Part shown: one piece after another, positions 18,507-26,857 of the stretch
Position numbering within the stretch: the stretch's first letter is position 1
Layout of the letters: each line of letters starts with the position of its first letter
DNA from: Candidatus Zhuqueibacterota bacterium
GTDB taxonomy: Bacteria > Zhuqueibacterota > Zhuqueibacteria > Residuimicrobiales > Oceaniaggregativiventaceae
NCBI GenBank assembly: GCA_016929055.1
Contig: JAFGJN010000320.1
Coordinates: 1 to 58,511 of the forward strand
Direction: 5' to 3'
Length of the DNA stretch: 58,511 bases
Notes under the pieces: model-generated
The model's database searches: none
What the model was told of the DNA's origin: nothing
What the model saw: the letters and a program-made list of their open reading frames with translations, nothing else
Made by a program: the position numbers and the translations under genes

Positions 18507-19940
18507 ATGGAAAACGAAAAGACAATACAAAAAGGAGACGAACTCGAATTGACCATCGAGGATCTCGCCTTCGGCGGTCAAGGGGTTGCCCGGGTTGACA
18601 AGTGGGTTGTGTTTGTCGAACGCACCCTGCCGGGACAAAAAATTCGAGCTCGGATTGTAAAAAAACGCAAAAATTATCTGCAAGCACATGTAACGGCACT
18701 TCTCTCACCCTCACCGCACCAAATCGCTCCGGAATGCGCTCATTTCGGCGATTGCGGTGGCTGCCTTCTGCAAAACCTGGATTATTCACAACAACTTGCG
18801 GCAAAAACGGATCAGGTGGTGGATGCCCTCCAACGTCTTGGCGGATTCCGTGACGTGACCGTGGATCCGATCATACCGTCCCGGGAACTCTATTTTTATC
18901 GCAATAAAATGGAATTCAGTTTTTCACGCTCGCGCTGGCTAACTCCCTGTGAAATTGCCAGCGGTGCAGATCTAACCCAGGAAGGGCTCTTTCTCGGTTT
19001 GCATGCCAAAGGATTTTATGATAAAATCATCGACATCGTCGATTGCCGGCTAATTGATCCACTGGCCAACGAAATCGTGGATGCCGTTCGAGAATTCGCA
19101 CGCCAAAGCGGCCTGCCCGCCTATTCCACCCGCGATCACAACGGTTTTTACCGCTTTCTCGTTCTCCGACGCAGCAAACGAGTGGACGAGTGGATGGTTA
19201 ATCTCATCACCCGGGACTATAACGATTTGATCGTCGCCGAGTTTACGCGCCAAATGACACAGCGCTTTCCCCAGATAACAAGCCTGCTGATGAGCACAAC
19301 GGCAAGCAAAGCGGCAGTTGCGTTTTCCGAACAGGAAACCGTCCTCGCCGGCAAAAGCACGATCGACGAGAAAATCGGTGACTGGGTATTTGAGATTTCC
19401 AGCAACTCTTTTTTTCAAACCAATAGCATGCAGGCTGCTGTTCTTTACGAACAGGTTCGACGGGATGCCCGCTTGACTGGTGGCGAAAATGTCTACGACC
19501 TCTATTGCGGGGCCGGCACCATTTCGATTTTTATGAGCCGCGATGCCGCTCGTGTCACCGGATTTGAGGCGATTCCATCTGCCGTCAATGACGCTCAACG
19601 CAATTGTGTTCGCAACCGAGTCGACAATTGCGAATTCGTGGCTGGCGATCTAAAAGACTTGCTTGCGGACACCGACTTCCGCTTGCACCAACACGGAAAA
19701 CCGGACGTTATGATCATCGACCCACCGCGAAGCGGTATGCACTCCAAAACAGTAGAAGCGATTCTGCAACTCGCTCCCCAACGAATCGTGCATGTCTCCT
19801 GCAACCCAACGACTCTGGCGCGAGATTTACAAATCCTCTGCCGCACCGATTATCAGCTACTCAAAGTAACGCCGGTCGACATGTTCCCCCATACCGCTCA
19901 CATCGAAGCCGTGGCTGTTCTCGAACGCAAAACCTCTTGA
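18507..19940 (+). CDS. rlmD: 23S rRNA (uracil-5)-methyltransferase, RumA/RlmD type
   Basis: 477 aa. N-terminal TRAM-like domain (LTIEDLAFGGQGVARV), Fe-S cysteines CAHFGDCGGCLLQ, SAM motif DLYCGAGTISI, and catalytic VHVSCNPTTLARD. Confidence 0.85.
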   Translation: MENEKTIQKGDELELTIEDLAFGGQGVARVDKWVVFVERTLPGQKIRARIVKKRKNYLQAHVTALLSPSPHQIAPECAHFGDCGGCLLQNLDYSQQLAAKTDQVVDALQRLGGFRDVTVDPIIPSRELYFYRNKMEFSFSRSRWLTPCEIASGADLTQEGLFLGLHAKGFYDKIIDIVDCRLIDPLANEIVDAVREFARQSGLPAYSTRDHNGFYRFLVLRRSKRVDEWMVNLITRDYNDLIVAEFTRQMTQRFPQITSLLMSTTASKAAVAFSEQETVLAGKSTIDEKIGDWVFEISSNSFFQTNSMQAAVLYEQVRRDARLTGGENVYDLYCGAGTISIFMSRDAARVTGFEAIPSAVNDAQRNCVRNRVDNCEFVAGDLKDLLADTDFRLHQHGKPDVMIIDPPRSGMHSKTVEAILQLAPQRIVHVSCNPTTLARDLQILCRTDYQLLKVTPVDMFPHTAHIEAVAVLERKTS

Positions 19941-20157
19941 TTTTGTGTCGACAAGGAATTATATTTTAGCCCGACAAATCATTAGGCGCCTCTAATTATT
20001 TATTTTAACTTGTTTTGAGCCTTTTTTTCGTTCCGAATTTCTTTCGGAAAAACGCCTTTGCTCACAAGCGATTGCCGACCATTTGCATTCCAATCGGGAC
20101 TGACCCGATACACCGATAAACGCTAGCCAAGAGGACACTGCATTGGAAGAGTTTCGA

Positions 20158-22311
20158 ATGTACACCCTGATCGCGGAAGAGTTGAACCTGCGCTGGAACC
20201 AGGTCAAAAACACCATCGAATTGCTCGACAGCGACAACACCGTTCCATTTATCGCCCGCTATCGCAAAGAAGTAACGGGCAGCCTGGACGAAGAACAGAT
20301 TCGAACGATAGACGACCGGATCACCTACCTGCGCAATCTGCAGCAACGCAAGGAAACTGTGCTTAAAAGCATTGAAGAACAGGGAAAACTCACACCCGAG
20401 TTGCAGGAACGGATTTTTGCCGCGACCAAACTCCAGGAGGTCGAGGATCTCTATCTTCCCTACCGGCCCAAAAAACGCACCCGTGCGACGATTGCGCGTG
20501 AAAAGGGCCTCGAACCTCTGGCCCAACTCATCTTGGAGCAGGAAACCATTTCTGGCGACCCACTCGAGATCGCCGCATCCTTCATCGACGAGGAAAAGGG
20601 GGTGATCCGGGCGGAACAGGCTCTGGACGGGGCGCGGGACATTGTCGCTGAAATCGTCGCCGAAGACGCGGACATTCGGCAAATCATTCGGGCTGCCACC
20701 CTCGAAAAAGGTATGCTCGCTTCTGAAGCTCGAGATCCCGAAAACTGCAGCGATTATGAAATTTATAAAGAATTCAGTGAACCCGTCAAGTCGATCCCTC
20801 CCCATCGGATTCTAGCCATTAACCGCGGCGAGCGGGAATCGATTCTGCGCGTCAACATCGAAGTTTCTCCGGAGGAAAGAAATCGCGAAATCCAGAATTC
20901 TATTGTGAAAAACAATCAGTCGATTTTTCACGACGAACTGCTCAAAGCCATTGCCGATTCGTACCATCGACTGATTGCACCAGCAATCGAGCGAGAAATT
21001 CGAAATCTTCTGACCGAAAAAGCGGATAATCACGCGATCGCTGTTTTTGCAAGAAATTTGCGTGCGCTGTTAATGTCGGCGCCAATGAAAGGAAAAAGTA
21101 TCCTCGGCATTGACCCGGGATACCGCACCGGCTGTAAAGTGGCGGCCATCGATGCGACAGGTAAACACCTCGATGGCGATACCATCTATCCTCACCCGCC
21201 GCAAAAACGGTGGGAGGAAGCTAAAGAAACCGTACGCGAACTTATCGAGCGCCATCAGATCGATATCATTGCTATCGGCAACGGCACCGCCAGTCGAGAG
21301 ACAGAAAAAATGGCGGCGGAAATCATCGGCGACTGGCAAGGGCGCCCCCTGCACTATGTCATCGTCAATGAAGCCGGGGCGTCGGTCTATTCCGCTTCGC
21401 CGGTGGCGAAAAAAGAATTCCCGGATCTCGACGCATCCCAGCGCGGCAACATTTCCATCGCCCGCCGGCTGCTCGATCCTCTATCTGAATTGGTCAAAAT
21501 CGATCCCAAATCCATCGGGGTGGGGCTCTATCAACATGATGTGGATCAGATGAAATTGGCCGGGGCCTTGGATGATGTGGTCGAATCCTCTGTCAACCAG
21601 GTCGGCGTCGACCTCAACACCGCATCGACATCCCTGCTCAAATACGTTGCTGGTATCAATTCCCGCGTCGCCGAAAATCTGGTCAAGTTCCGAGAAGAAA
21701 ACGGCAAATTTTCCTCTCGCGAACAACTGATGTCGGTCAAGGGATTGGGCGAAAATGCCTTTGTCCAATCAGCGGGGTTTTTGCGGATCCCGGAAAGCAC
21801 GGTCTTTTTCGATAGCACCGCTGTGCATCCCGAGTCCTACGCAGCGGCGTCCAAACTTCTTCAACACCTCCACCTCGATATTGAAGATGTGCGAAAAAAC
21901 GGCGCCCTGGTCGGCCGAAAAATCAAGGAATCGCGGCAATCTATGGAGGTGTTGGCGGAATACTGTGGTTGCGGTAAAGAAACGCTGATAGATATCATCG
22001 CCAGCCTGGAAAAACCCAATCGTGACCCACGCGACGAAATGCCCAAAGCAATTTTGCGCAGCGATGTCCTCAGCATCGAGGATCTGGCTGAGGGCATGGT
22101 TCTCAAAGGTACGGTGCGCAATGTAGTCGATTTCGGCGCTTTTGTCGATATCGGTGTCAAGCAGGATGGGTTGGTGCATCTCAGCCGCATGTCCAAAAGA
22201 TACGTCAAAAATCCTCTCGACATCATCTCGGTCGGCGATATCATCGAGGTCAAAGTGGTCAGTATCGATAAAGAACGCGGCCGAATCGGGCTGAGCATGG
22301 TACTGGATTGA
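20158..22311 (+). CDS. tex: Tex-like transcription accessory protein (YqgF/HhH/S1 domains)
   Basis: N-terminus IAEELNLRWNQVKNTIELLDSDNTVPFIARYRKE, YqgF-like ILGIDPGYRTGCKVA, and a C-terminal S1 domain GMVLKGTVRNVVDFGAFVDIG. I use the ATG at 20158 (GGAAGAG RBS); the track start at 20143 is a TTG. Confidence 0.9.
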   Translation: MYTLIAEELNLRWNQVKNTIELLDSDNTVPFIARYRKEVTGSLDEEQIRTIDDRITYLRNLQQRKETVLKSIEEQGKLTPELQERIFAATKLQEVEDLYLPYRPKKRTRATIAREKGLEPLAQLILEQETISGDPLEIAASFIDEEKGVIRAEQALDGARDIVAEIVAEDADIRQIIRAATLEKGMLASEARDPENCSDYEIYKEFSEPVKSIPPHRILAINRGERESILRVNIEVSPEERNREIQNSIVKNNQSIFHDELLKAIADSYHRLIAPAIEREIRNLLTEKADNHAIAVFARNLRALLMSAPMKGKSILGIDPGYRTGCKVAAIDATGKHLDGDTIYPHPPQKRWEEAKETVRELIERHQIDIIAIGNGTASRETEKMAAEIIGDWQGRPLHYVIVNEAGASVYSASPVAKKEFPDLDASQRGNISIARRLLDPLSELVKIDPKSIGVGLYQHDVDQMKLAGALDDVVESSVNQVGVDLNTASTSLLKYVAGINSRVAENLVKFREENGKFSSREQLMSVKGLGENAFVQSAGFLRIPESTVFFDSTAVHPESYAAASKLLQHLHLDIEDVRKNGALVGRKIKESRQSMEVLAEYCGCGKETLIDIIASLEKPNRDPRDEMPKAILRSDVLSIEDLAEGMVLKGTVRNVVDFGAFVDIGVKQDGLVHLSRMSKRYVKNPLDIISVGDIIEVKVVSIDKERGRIGLSMVLD

Positions 22312-22428
22312 TTCCTGCCGCCTCCGGAAAACATCGCCCCTCTGCTGGAGAGGCAAGCCTGCAGCACTTTTCAGCAAAATCCTGGGGGCGTGTCAACTTG
22401 TTCGAGCCCTTGAATAGCTAAAAGCGGG

Positions 22429-23595
22429 GTGCGCAATTTGGGATCCACCGATTGCAACAAAGTTTGTGTTTTGACCACGGTCCATCGTCCTTATGATGTT
22501 CGGGTCTTTCATCGCGAAGCCAAAAGTCTGGCTGCTCAGGGCTACCAGGTTGTGTTGCTCGTGCACGCCGATTTCCGTGAGGCCCATCGCGACGGTGTTC
22601 ATCTGAAAGGTCTCACCTATCCTCCCAATCGCTTTTTTCGGCTGTTCAGCATGATTCGTTTCGCCCGGCAGGCTTGGCGTGAAAGAGCCCGAATCTATCA
22701 TTTTCACGATCTCGAATTGCTGCCTGTCGGTGTCCTGCTCAAGTGGCTCACCCGGCAAATCGTCATCTATGACTGTCACGAAAATTACCCGCAAGTCGCT
22801 TACGAACGCGTTTGGTACCCCGATTGGCTCAAGCCGATTCTCTTCCGCCTCATTTCGGTCTTCGAACCGATGCTGGCGCGCCAACTGGATGCGGTGATCT
22901 GTGTGGTTCCGGACCAACAGGAACGCTTTCGCACCAGCGGGTGCCGCACGATTTTGTTGCGCAATCTGCCGCGACTGGAAAATTTCGCGGTTTATGACCA
23001 GCCGAGAAAGTCCAAATACCGTCTGATCTATCTCGGCGGTCTTTCCCGCACCCGGGGTGCTCGTCTGATGGTCGACATCATGGAAGCCCTCACGCCTGAC
23101 CATCCCGACATCTCTTTGCTCTGCCTTGGTCCTTTTAATGAACCGCAGGTCGAAAAAGAGGTAAAAGATTGGGTCAAACAACGCGGATTGCAGCAGTACA
23201 TCCAGTACGAATCGTTTGTGCCGCATGAACGCGTCGGCGATTATCTGGTAAACTCGCTTATCGGGCTGATCCCCTGGCAACCCAATCCGCAGATGCTCAA
23301 AATGGTTTTCCCTAACAAACTGTTCGAGTATATGGCCTGCGGACTGCCAATTGTCGCCAGTGATCTGCCGAGCTTGATCCACCTGATCTCGGAAGCACAA
23401 TGCGGTTTTACCGTATCCGCAACCGACCCCCTGGCACATGCCGCCGCTATTTCCCGTCTGCTCCAGGACGAAAAACTGCGGCAGAAACTGGGAGAAAACG
23501 GCCGCGCTTTTGTAAAAAACCGATACAACTGGCAGAACGAAGCGACCAAACTTTTTGGCCTGTATGAGCAGCTAATTCAAGAGTCCGACCGATGA
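22429..23595 (+). CDS. GT4-family glycosyltransferase
   Basis: 388 aa. N-terminus VCVLTTVHRPYDVRVF...GYQVVLL, and the C-terminal GT-B EX7E region FPNKLFEYMACGLPIVASD. The GTG start is uncertain. Confidence 0.75.
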   Translation: MRNLGSTDCNKVCVLTTVHRPYDVRVFHREAKSLAAQGYQVVLLVHADFREAHRDGVHLKGLTYPPNRFFRLFSMIRFARQAWRERARIYHFHDLELLPVGVLLKWLTRQIVIYDCHENYPQVAYERVWYPDWLKPILFRLISVFEPMLARQLDAVICVVPDQQERFRTSGCRTILLRNLPRLENFAVYDQPRKSKYRLIYLGGLSRTRGARLMVDIMEALTPDHPDISLLCLGPFNEPQVEKEVKDWVKQRGLQQYIQYESFVPHERVGDYLVNSLIGLIPWQPNPQMLKMVFPNKLFEYMACGLPIVASDLPSLIHLISEAQCGFTVSATDPLAHAAAISRLLQDEKLRQKLGENGRAFVKNRYNWQNEATKLFGLYEQLIQESDR

Positions 23596-24320
23596 TCCTG
23601 ACCGTTCTGACACCCGCCTATTTCCCACCATTGCGGATTTTTGCTCGGGCCGCTCGCGCCGATCATCTGGTCTGGGCCGATACCTTTGGCTTCAACAGGC
23701 AAACCCTCATGCATCGCACCGCCATCAAAACCCGAAATGGCCGGTACTGGCTCACGATTCCCGTTCTAAAAAAAACCTGTGATCGACAAAGCATCGCAGA
23801 GATGCACATCGACACCAGTCAAAGGTGGGTCAGAACCCATTTGCGCAGTCTCGAACTTGCATACCGAAATACCCCCTTTTTTTATTTATACTGGGACGAA
23901 CTCGCCTCACTGCTGGATCAAAAATGGGAACGCCTGATTGATCTTCTGTCAGCGTGCCGGCGGTTTTGTCTGAAACACCTCGCCATCGACAAACCCATCC
24001 ACAACGCTTCCGAGCTGCCACCAGTCGATGACCGCACCGAACGAGTGATCGCCTGGTGTCGGGCGATTTCGGCAACGCGATATCTTCTGGAATCCGGACA
24101 AACCGAGTTGCTTCGTTCCGATCTATTGGAATGCAACGGTATTCAAAAGGCTGAATTTCATTCCAGCCTGCATCCACACACCCAGCTCTTCGGCACCTTT
24201 CTCGAATGCGGCGTTCTGGACGCGCTTTTCAATCTCGGCCCGGAAAGCCGGATTCGGCTGGCCGATGGCCAGATACATTTCCACAAAACAGGTGAATCAA
24301 CTGAAAGGAAAGAACGATGA
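23592..24320 (+). CDS. WbqC-like family protein
   Basis: 242 aa. The pattern PAYFPPLRIF...D.F.FNRQTLMHRTAIKTRNGRYWLTIPV...YRNTPFF resembles WbqC (PF08889). Its start overlaps the upstream stop as ATGA. Confidence 0.55.
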   Translation: MILTVLTPAYFPPLRIFARAARADHLVWADTFGFNRQTLMHRTAIKTRNGRYWLTIPVLKKTCDRQSIAEMHIDTSQRWVRTHLRSLELAYRNTPFFYLYWDELASLLDQKWERLIDLLSACRRFCLKHLAIDKPIHNASELPPVDDRTERVIAWCRAISATRYLLESGQTELLRSDLLECNGIQKAEFHSSLHPHTQLFGTFLECGVLDALFNLGPESRIRLADGQIHFHKTGESTERKER

Positions 24321-25579
24321 CCGATCAAAACGCGTTGTCGTCTTGCCTGCAACAAATCGATGAATATCGCCAGTCGGTCATCGATATGCAGAGTCGACTT
24401 GTCGCTATTCCAGCCCTGGGGCCGGAAAACGGGGGGCAGGGGGAAAAAGAAAAGGCCGAGTTCGTCGAATCCGAACTCAAGCGCCTCGGCATCGATGAAA
24501 TCGAAACCATCCGCGTGCCAGACAAGCGCGTCCAATGCGGTTACCGTCCAAATATCATCGCCCGCTTACCGGGAAAAAGACGCGATCGCACCCTCTGGAT
24601 CATGGCCCATCTTGATGTGGTTCCAGCTGGCGATCCTGGACTGTGGCAAACGAATCCCTTTGAATTGACCGTCGACGGCGATCGGCTTATCGGGCGTGGA
24701 GTGGAAGACAATCATCAGGGCCTGGTATCCGCATTGATGGCCGTTAAAGCTTTCAGGGCAACCGCCACTCAGCCCGAACAGGATCTCGGTCTGGCGATTG
24801 TCGCCGATGAAGAGACCGGGAGCCTTTTCGGCCTGCACCACCTGCTGGAAAACCGGTCCGACCTCTTTGGCACCGACGACTGGATCATCGTTCCGGATGC
24901 CGGCGACCCGCAGGGGCGTTTTATCGAGGTGGCGGAAAAAACTATTCTCTGGATTCGCTTTCACCTGCGCGGCAAACAATGCCATGCCTCGACGCCGGCC
25001 CAAGGTGTCAACGCACACCGAGCGGCAGCAAATCTGATCGTCCGCTTGGACGAACTGCATCGATTCTTTGACCGCGTCGATCCGGTTTTTGATCCGCCGA
25101 CCACCACATTCGAACCCACAAAAAAGGAAAGCAATGTTCAAAATATCAACACCATCCCGGGAGATGATGTTTTTTACCTGGATTGCCGCATCCTTCCGTC
25201 TTATGATATCAAAAAAGTAGAAGCCAAGGTAAAAGAGATTTCGAGCCAGGTGCAAAAGCAATTCGGCGTTGAAATCGATATCTCTTTTCCTCAGCGGGCG
25301 GTGGCGGCTCCCCCGACAGCCAAAGATGCGCCGGTCGTTCAAGCACTAGGCAAGGCAATCCGGGAGATCAAAGGCATTCAGGCGGAGACGATCGGTATCG
25401 GCGGTGGAACGGTTGCCGCCCATTTCCGCGAAAAAGGTTTTCCCACTGCCGTCTGGTCGACCATCGAAGATACGGCCCACCAACCCAACGAAGTATCATT
25501 GATCTCTTCTACCCTTGAGGACGCGCAAGTCTTTACCCATCTGCTGCTGCAAAATCCCGACAATCGCCGGCTGCTCTGA
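24317..25579 (+). CDS. M20-family metallopeptidase/deacylase (ArgE/DapE-related)
   Basis: 420 aa. Motifs: MAHLDVVPAGD, GRGVEDNHQG, ADEETGS. Its start overlaps the upstream stop as ATGA. Confidence 0.8.
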   Translation: MTDQNALSSCLQQIDEYRQSVIDMQSRLVAIPALGPENGGQGEKEKAEFVESELKRLGIDEIETIRVPDKRVQCGYRPNIIARLPGKRRDRTLWIMAHLDVVPAGDPGLWQTNPFELTVDGDRLIGRGVEDNHQGLVSALMAVKAFRATATQPEQDLGLAIVADEETGSLFGLHHLLENRSDLFGTDDWIIVPDAGDPQGRFIEVAEKTILWIRFHLRGKQCHASTPAQGVNAHRAAANLIVRLDELHRFFDRVDPVFDPPTTTFEPTKKESNVQNINTIPGDDVFYLDCRILPSYDIKKVEAKVKEISSQVQKQFGVEIDISFPQRAVAAPPTAKDAPVVQALGKAIREIKGIQAETIGIGGGTVAAHFREKGFPTAVWSTIEDTAHQPNEVSLISSTLEDAQVFTHLLLQNPDNRRLL

Positions 25580-25601
25580 GCCGCTGAATTCCCGCTCACA
25601 T

Positions 25602-25630
25602 AAAAAAGGCGGCCTTTGGAGCCGCCTTTT
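25602..25630. terminator. bidirectional intrinsic terminator between the M20 gene and the ATPase gene
   Basis: AAAAAAGGCGGC-ctttgga-GCCGCCTTTT. A GC stem is flanked by an A-run and a T-run, lying between two convergent stops. Confidence 0.8.
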
Positions 25631-25651
25631 CCGATAAATAATTCCCCACTT

Positions 25652-26779
25652 TTACTTGAGCTTGTGAAGCAATCCCGCCCGTTTTTTGTCGGCGCTGTCG
25701 TTGTTCACCGTAGGCGCGGTGAAGAAAAAAAGATCACCCGGCAGAATGTCTATTTCCTTGCGCAGAGTTTTCCAGTTGTCCCGATAGGCCTTGGTGTCGA
25801 CACGGGTACCATTCTTGTCTTTAACTGCCAGAAAGACGCGCTCCGGATTCTGCTTGTTGATCATAAAAGGCGAGTGGGTGGTGTAAATCAGTTGATTTTT
25901 CAGCGACAGATCTTCCAACACATTTACCAGATCTTTTTGTCCGCCAGGATGCAGATGAATCCCCGGCTCATCGACCAAAAAGATGTACTCATTGGCACGC
26001 GCTTCAAATGTCTGGGCCACAAAATTCACATAAAAAGAAAGATACCAGCGAAAACCAAGACTGCGCGATTCAGGTGTGTCAAAAACCGTGGTATCGTCGG
26101 AAAAGTCGATGTAGAGGGTAGAACCGTTCACGCTCAATTTGATTTCAATGCTCGGTTCCTGGGACCAGGCGCGACGGATCTGTTCGGTGATGATGCGACT
26201 GGCCTCATCCATGGCTCGACGCCCTCGCGTGCTGTCCTCGAAAATGATCTCATAATCCTCGATGGCCCCAATCTTTAGCAGATTGCGCTCAGTGTTGTAT
26301 TCAGGATGATTGGACACGAGGCTTTCATAATCGACTCGGTTTTTCAGCAACGAAATGTCGCTGAAATAGAGCACTTTGGGCAATAGCTTGATAAAATTTC
26401 GAACATCGATATTGTCAACCTCTGAATCGCCGATTAAAAGATGGTAGTCTTTGAGGGAAGGACCATCTCGTCTCACCTGAAAAGATTCAATGTCTTTAAA
26501 AACCTCGGATATCTGCAACAATTGATTGCGATTTTCTTTAGTCAAACCGCTGAATTCGAGGGTTACTTCGGGACACTTGCCCATATAATAATGATTGCTA
26601 TACTGGCAGGTCAATGAAGTATCAAATGGTACTTCGGGAAGAAAGGAATGCAGTGCTCGAAGGATATTGGTTTTGCCACTCTCATTGGCCCCGATAATGA
26701 CATTCATCCGCCCGTCAAAGGGTATTTCCATTTCATAAATGGACTTGAATGCTCTAACATATAATTTTGTCGCAATCAT
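25652..26779 (-). CDS. stand-alone ABC/OLD-type (AAA_15/AAA_21-like) ATPase with no nuclease domain
   Basis: 375 aa. Walker A GANESGKTNILRAL, signature-like ESRSLGFRWYLSFYVNF, Walker B/D-loop IFLVDEPGIHLHP, and H-loop YTTHSPF. Only about 55 aa follow the H-loop. Confidence 0.75.
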   Translation of the reverse strand: MIATKLYVRAFKSIYEMEIPFDGRMNVIIGANESGKTNILRALHSFLPEVPFDTSLTCQYSNHYYMGKCPEVTLEFSGLTKENRNQLLQISEVFKDIESFQVRRDGPSLKDYHLLIGDSEVDNIDVRNFIKLLPKVLYFSDISLLKNRVDYESLVSNHPEYNTERNLLKIGAIEDYEIIFEDSTRGRRAMDEASRIITEQIRRAWSQEPSIEIKLSVNGSTLYIDFSDDTTVFDTPESRSLGFRWYLSFYVNFVAQTFEARANEYIFLVDEPGIHLHPGGQKDLVNVLEDLSLKNQLIYTTHSPFMINKQNPERVFLAVKDKNGTRVDTKAYRDNWKTLRKEIDILPGDLFFFTAPTVNNDSADKKRAGLLHKLK

Positions 26780-26857
26780 TTTTTGCTCTCGAGTTAATTG
26801 TTAGCAACGGACCCGGATCTGTTGCCAAGACGACGGAAAGCGGACGGCCGGTTTCGA

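Noticed and set aside
19992-20240. 82-aa minus-strand ORF and the TTCCGAA-N5-TTCGGAA hairpin in the rlmD-tex spacer
   Set aside because: The ORF has no RBS and overlaps the tex start. The hairpin has only a 7-bp AT-leaning stem and no T-run in either orientation, so I do not call it a terminator.
20062-20805. 247-aa minus-strand ORF overlapping the 5' part of tex
   Set aside because: It is antisense to a gene with unmistakable Tex motifs, and its product is low-complexity with no recognisable family. The same reasoning rejects the antisense ORFs 21769-22377, 22393-23439, 24566-25342, 25616-26278, 29851-30549, 35989-36825, 37792-38436, 42734-43681, 44908-45489 and 56279-57043.
22385-22428. 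GTTCGAGCCC, a T-loop-like string that might mark a tRNA between tex and the GT4 gene
   Set aside because: The flanking bases do not form a 5-bp T-stem, and no acceptor or anticodon arm can be built. The similar GGGGTTATCATGCCCC hairpin at 37866-37881 has the wrong loop length and no T-arm.
25652-26779. Calling the ATPase a complete Gabija, PARIS, Septu or OLD defence system
   Set aside because: There is no Toprim, DUF4435, HNH or helicase partner, either fused or adjacent. Only 78 nt lie upstream, and 21 nt separate the stop from the terminator. Only the ATPase family call is supported.
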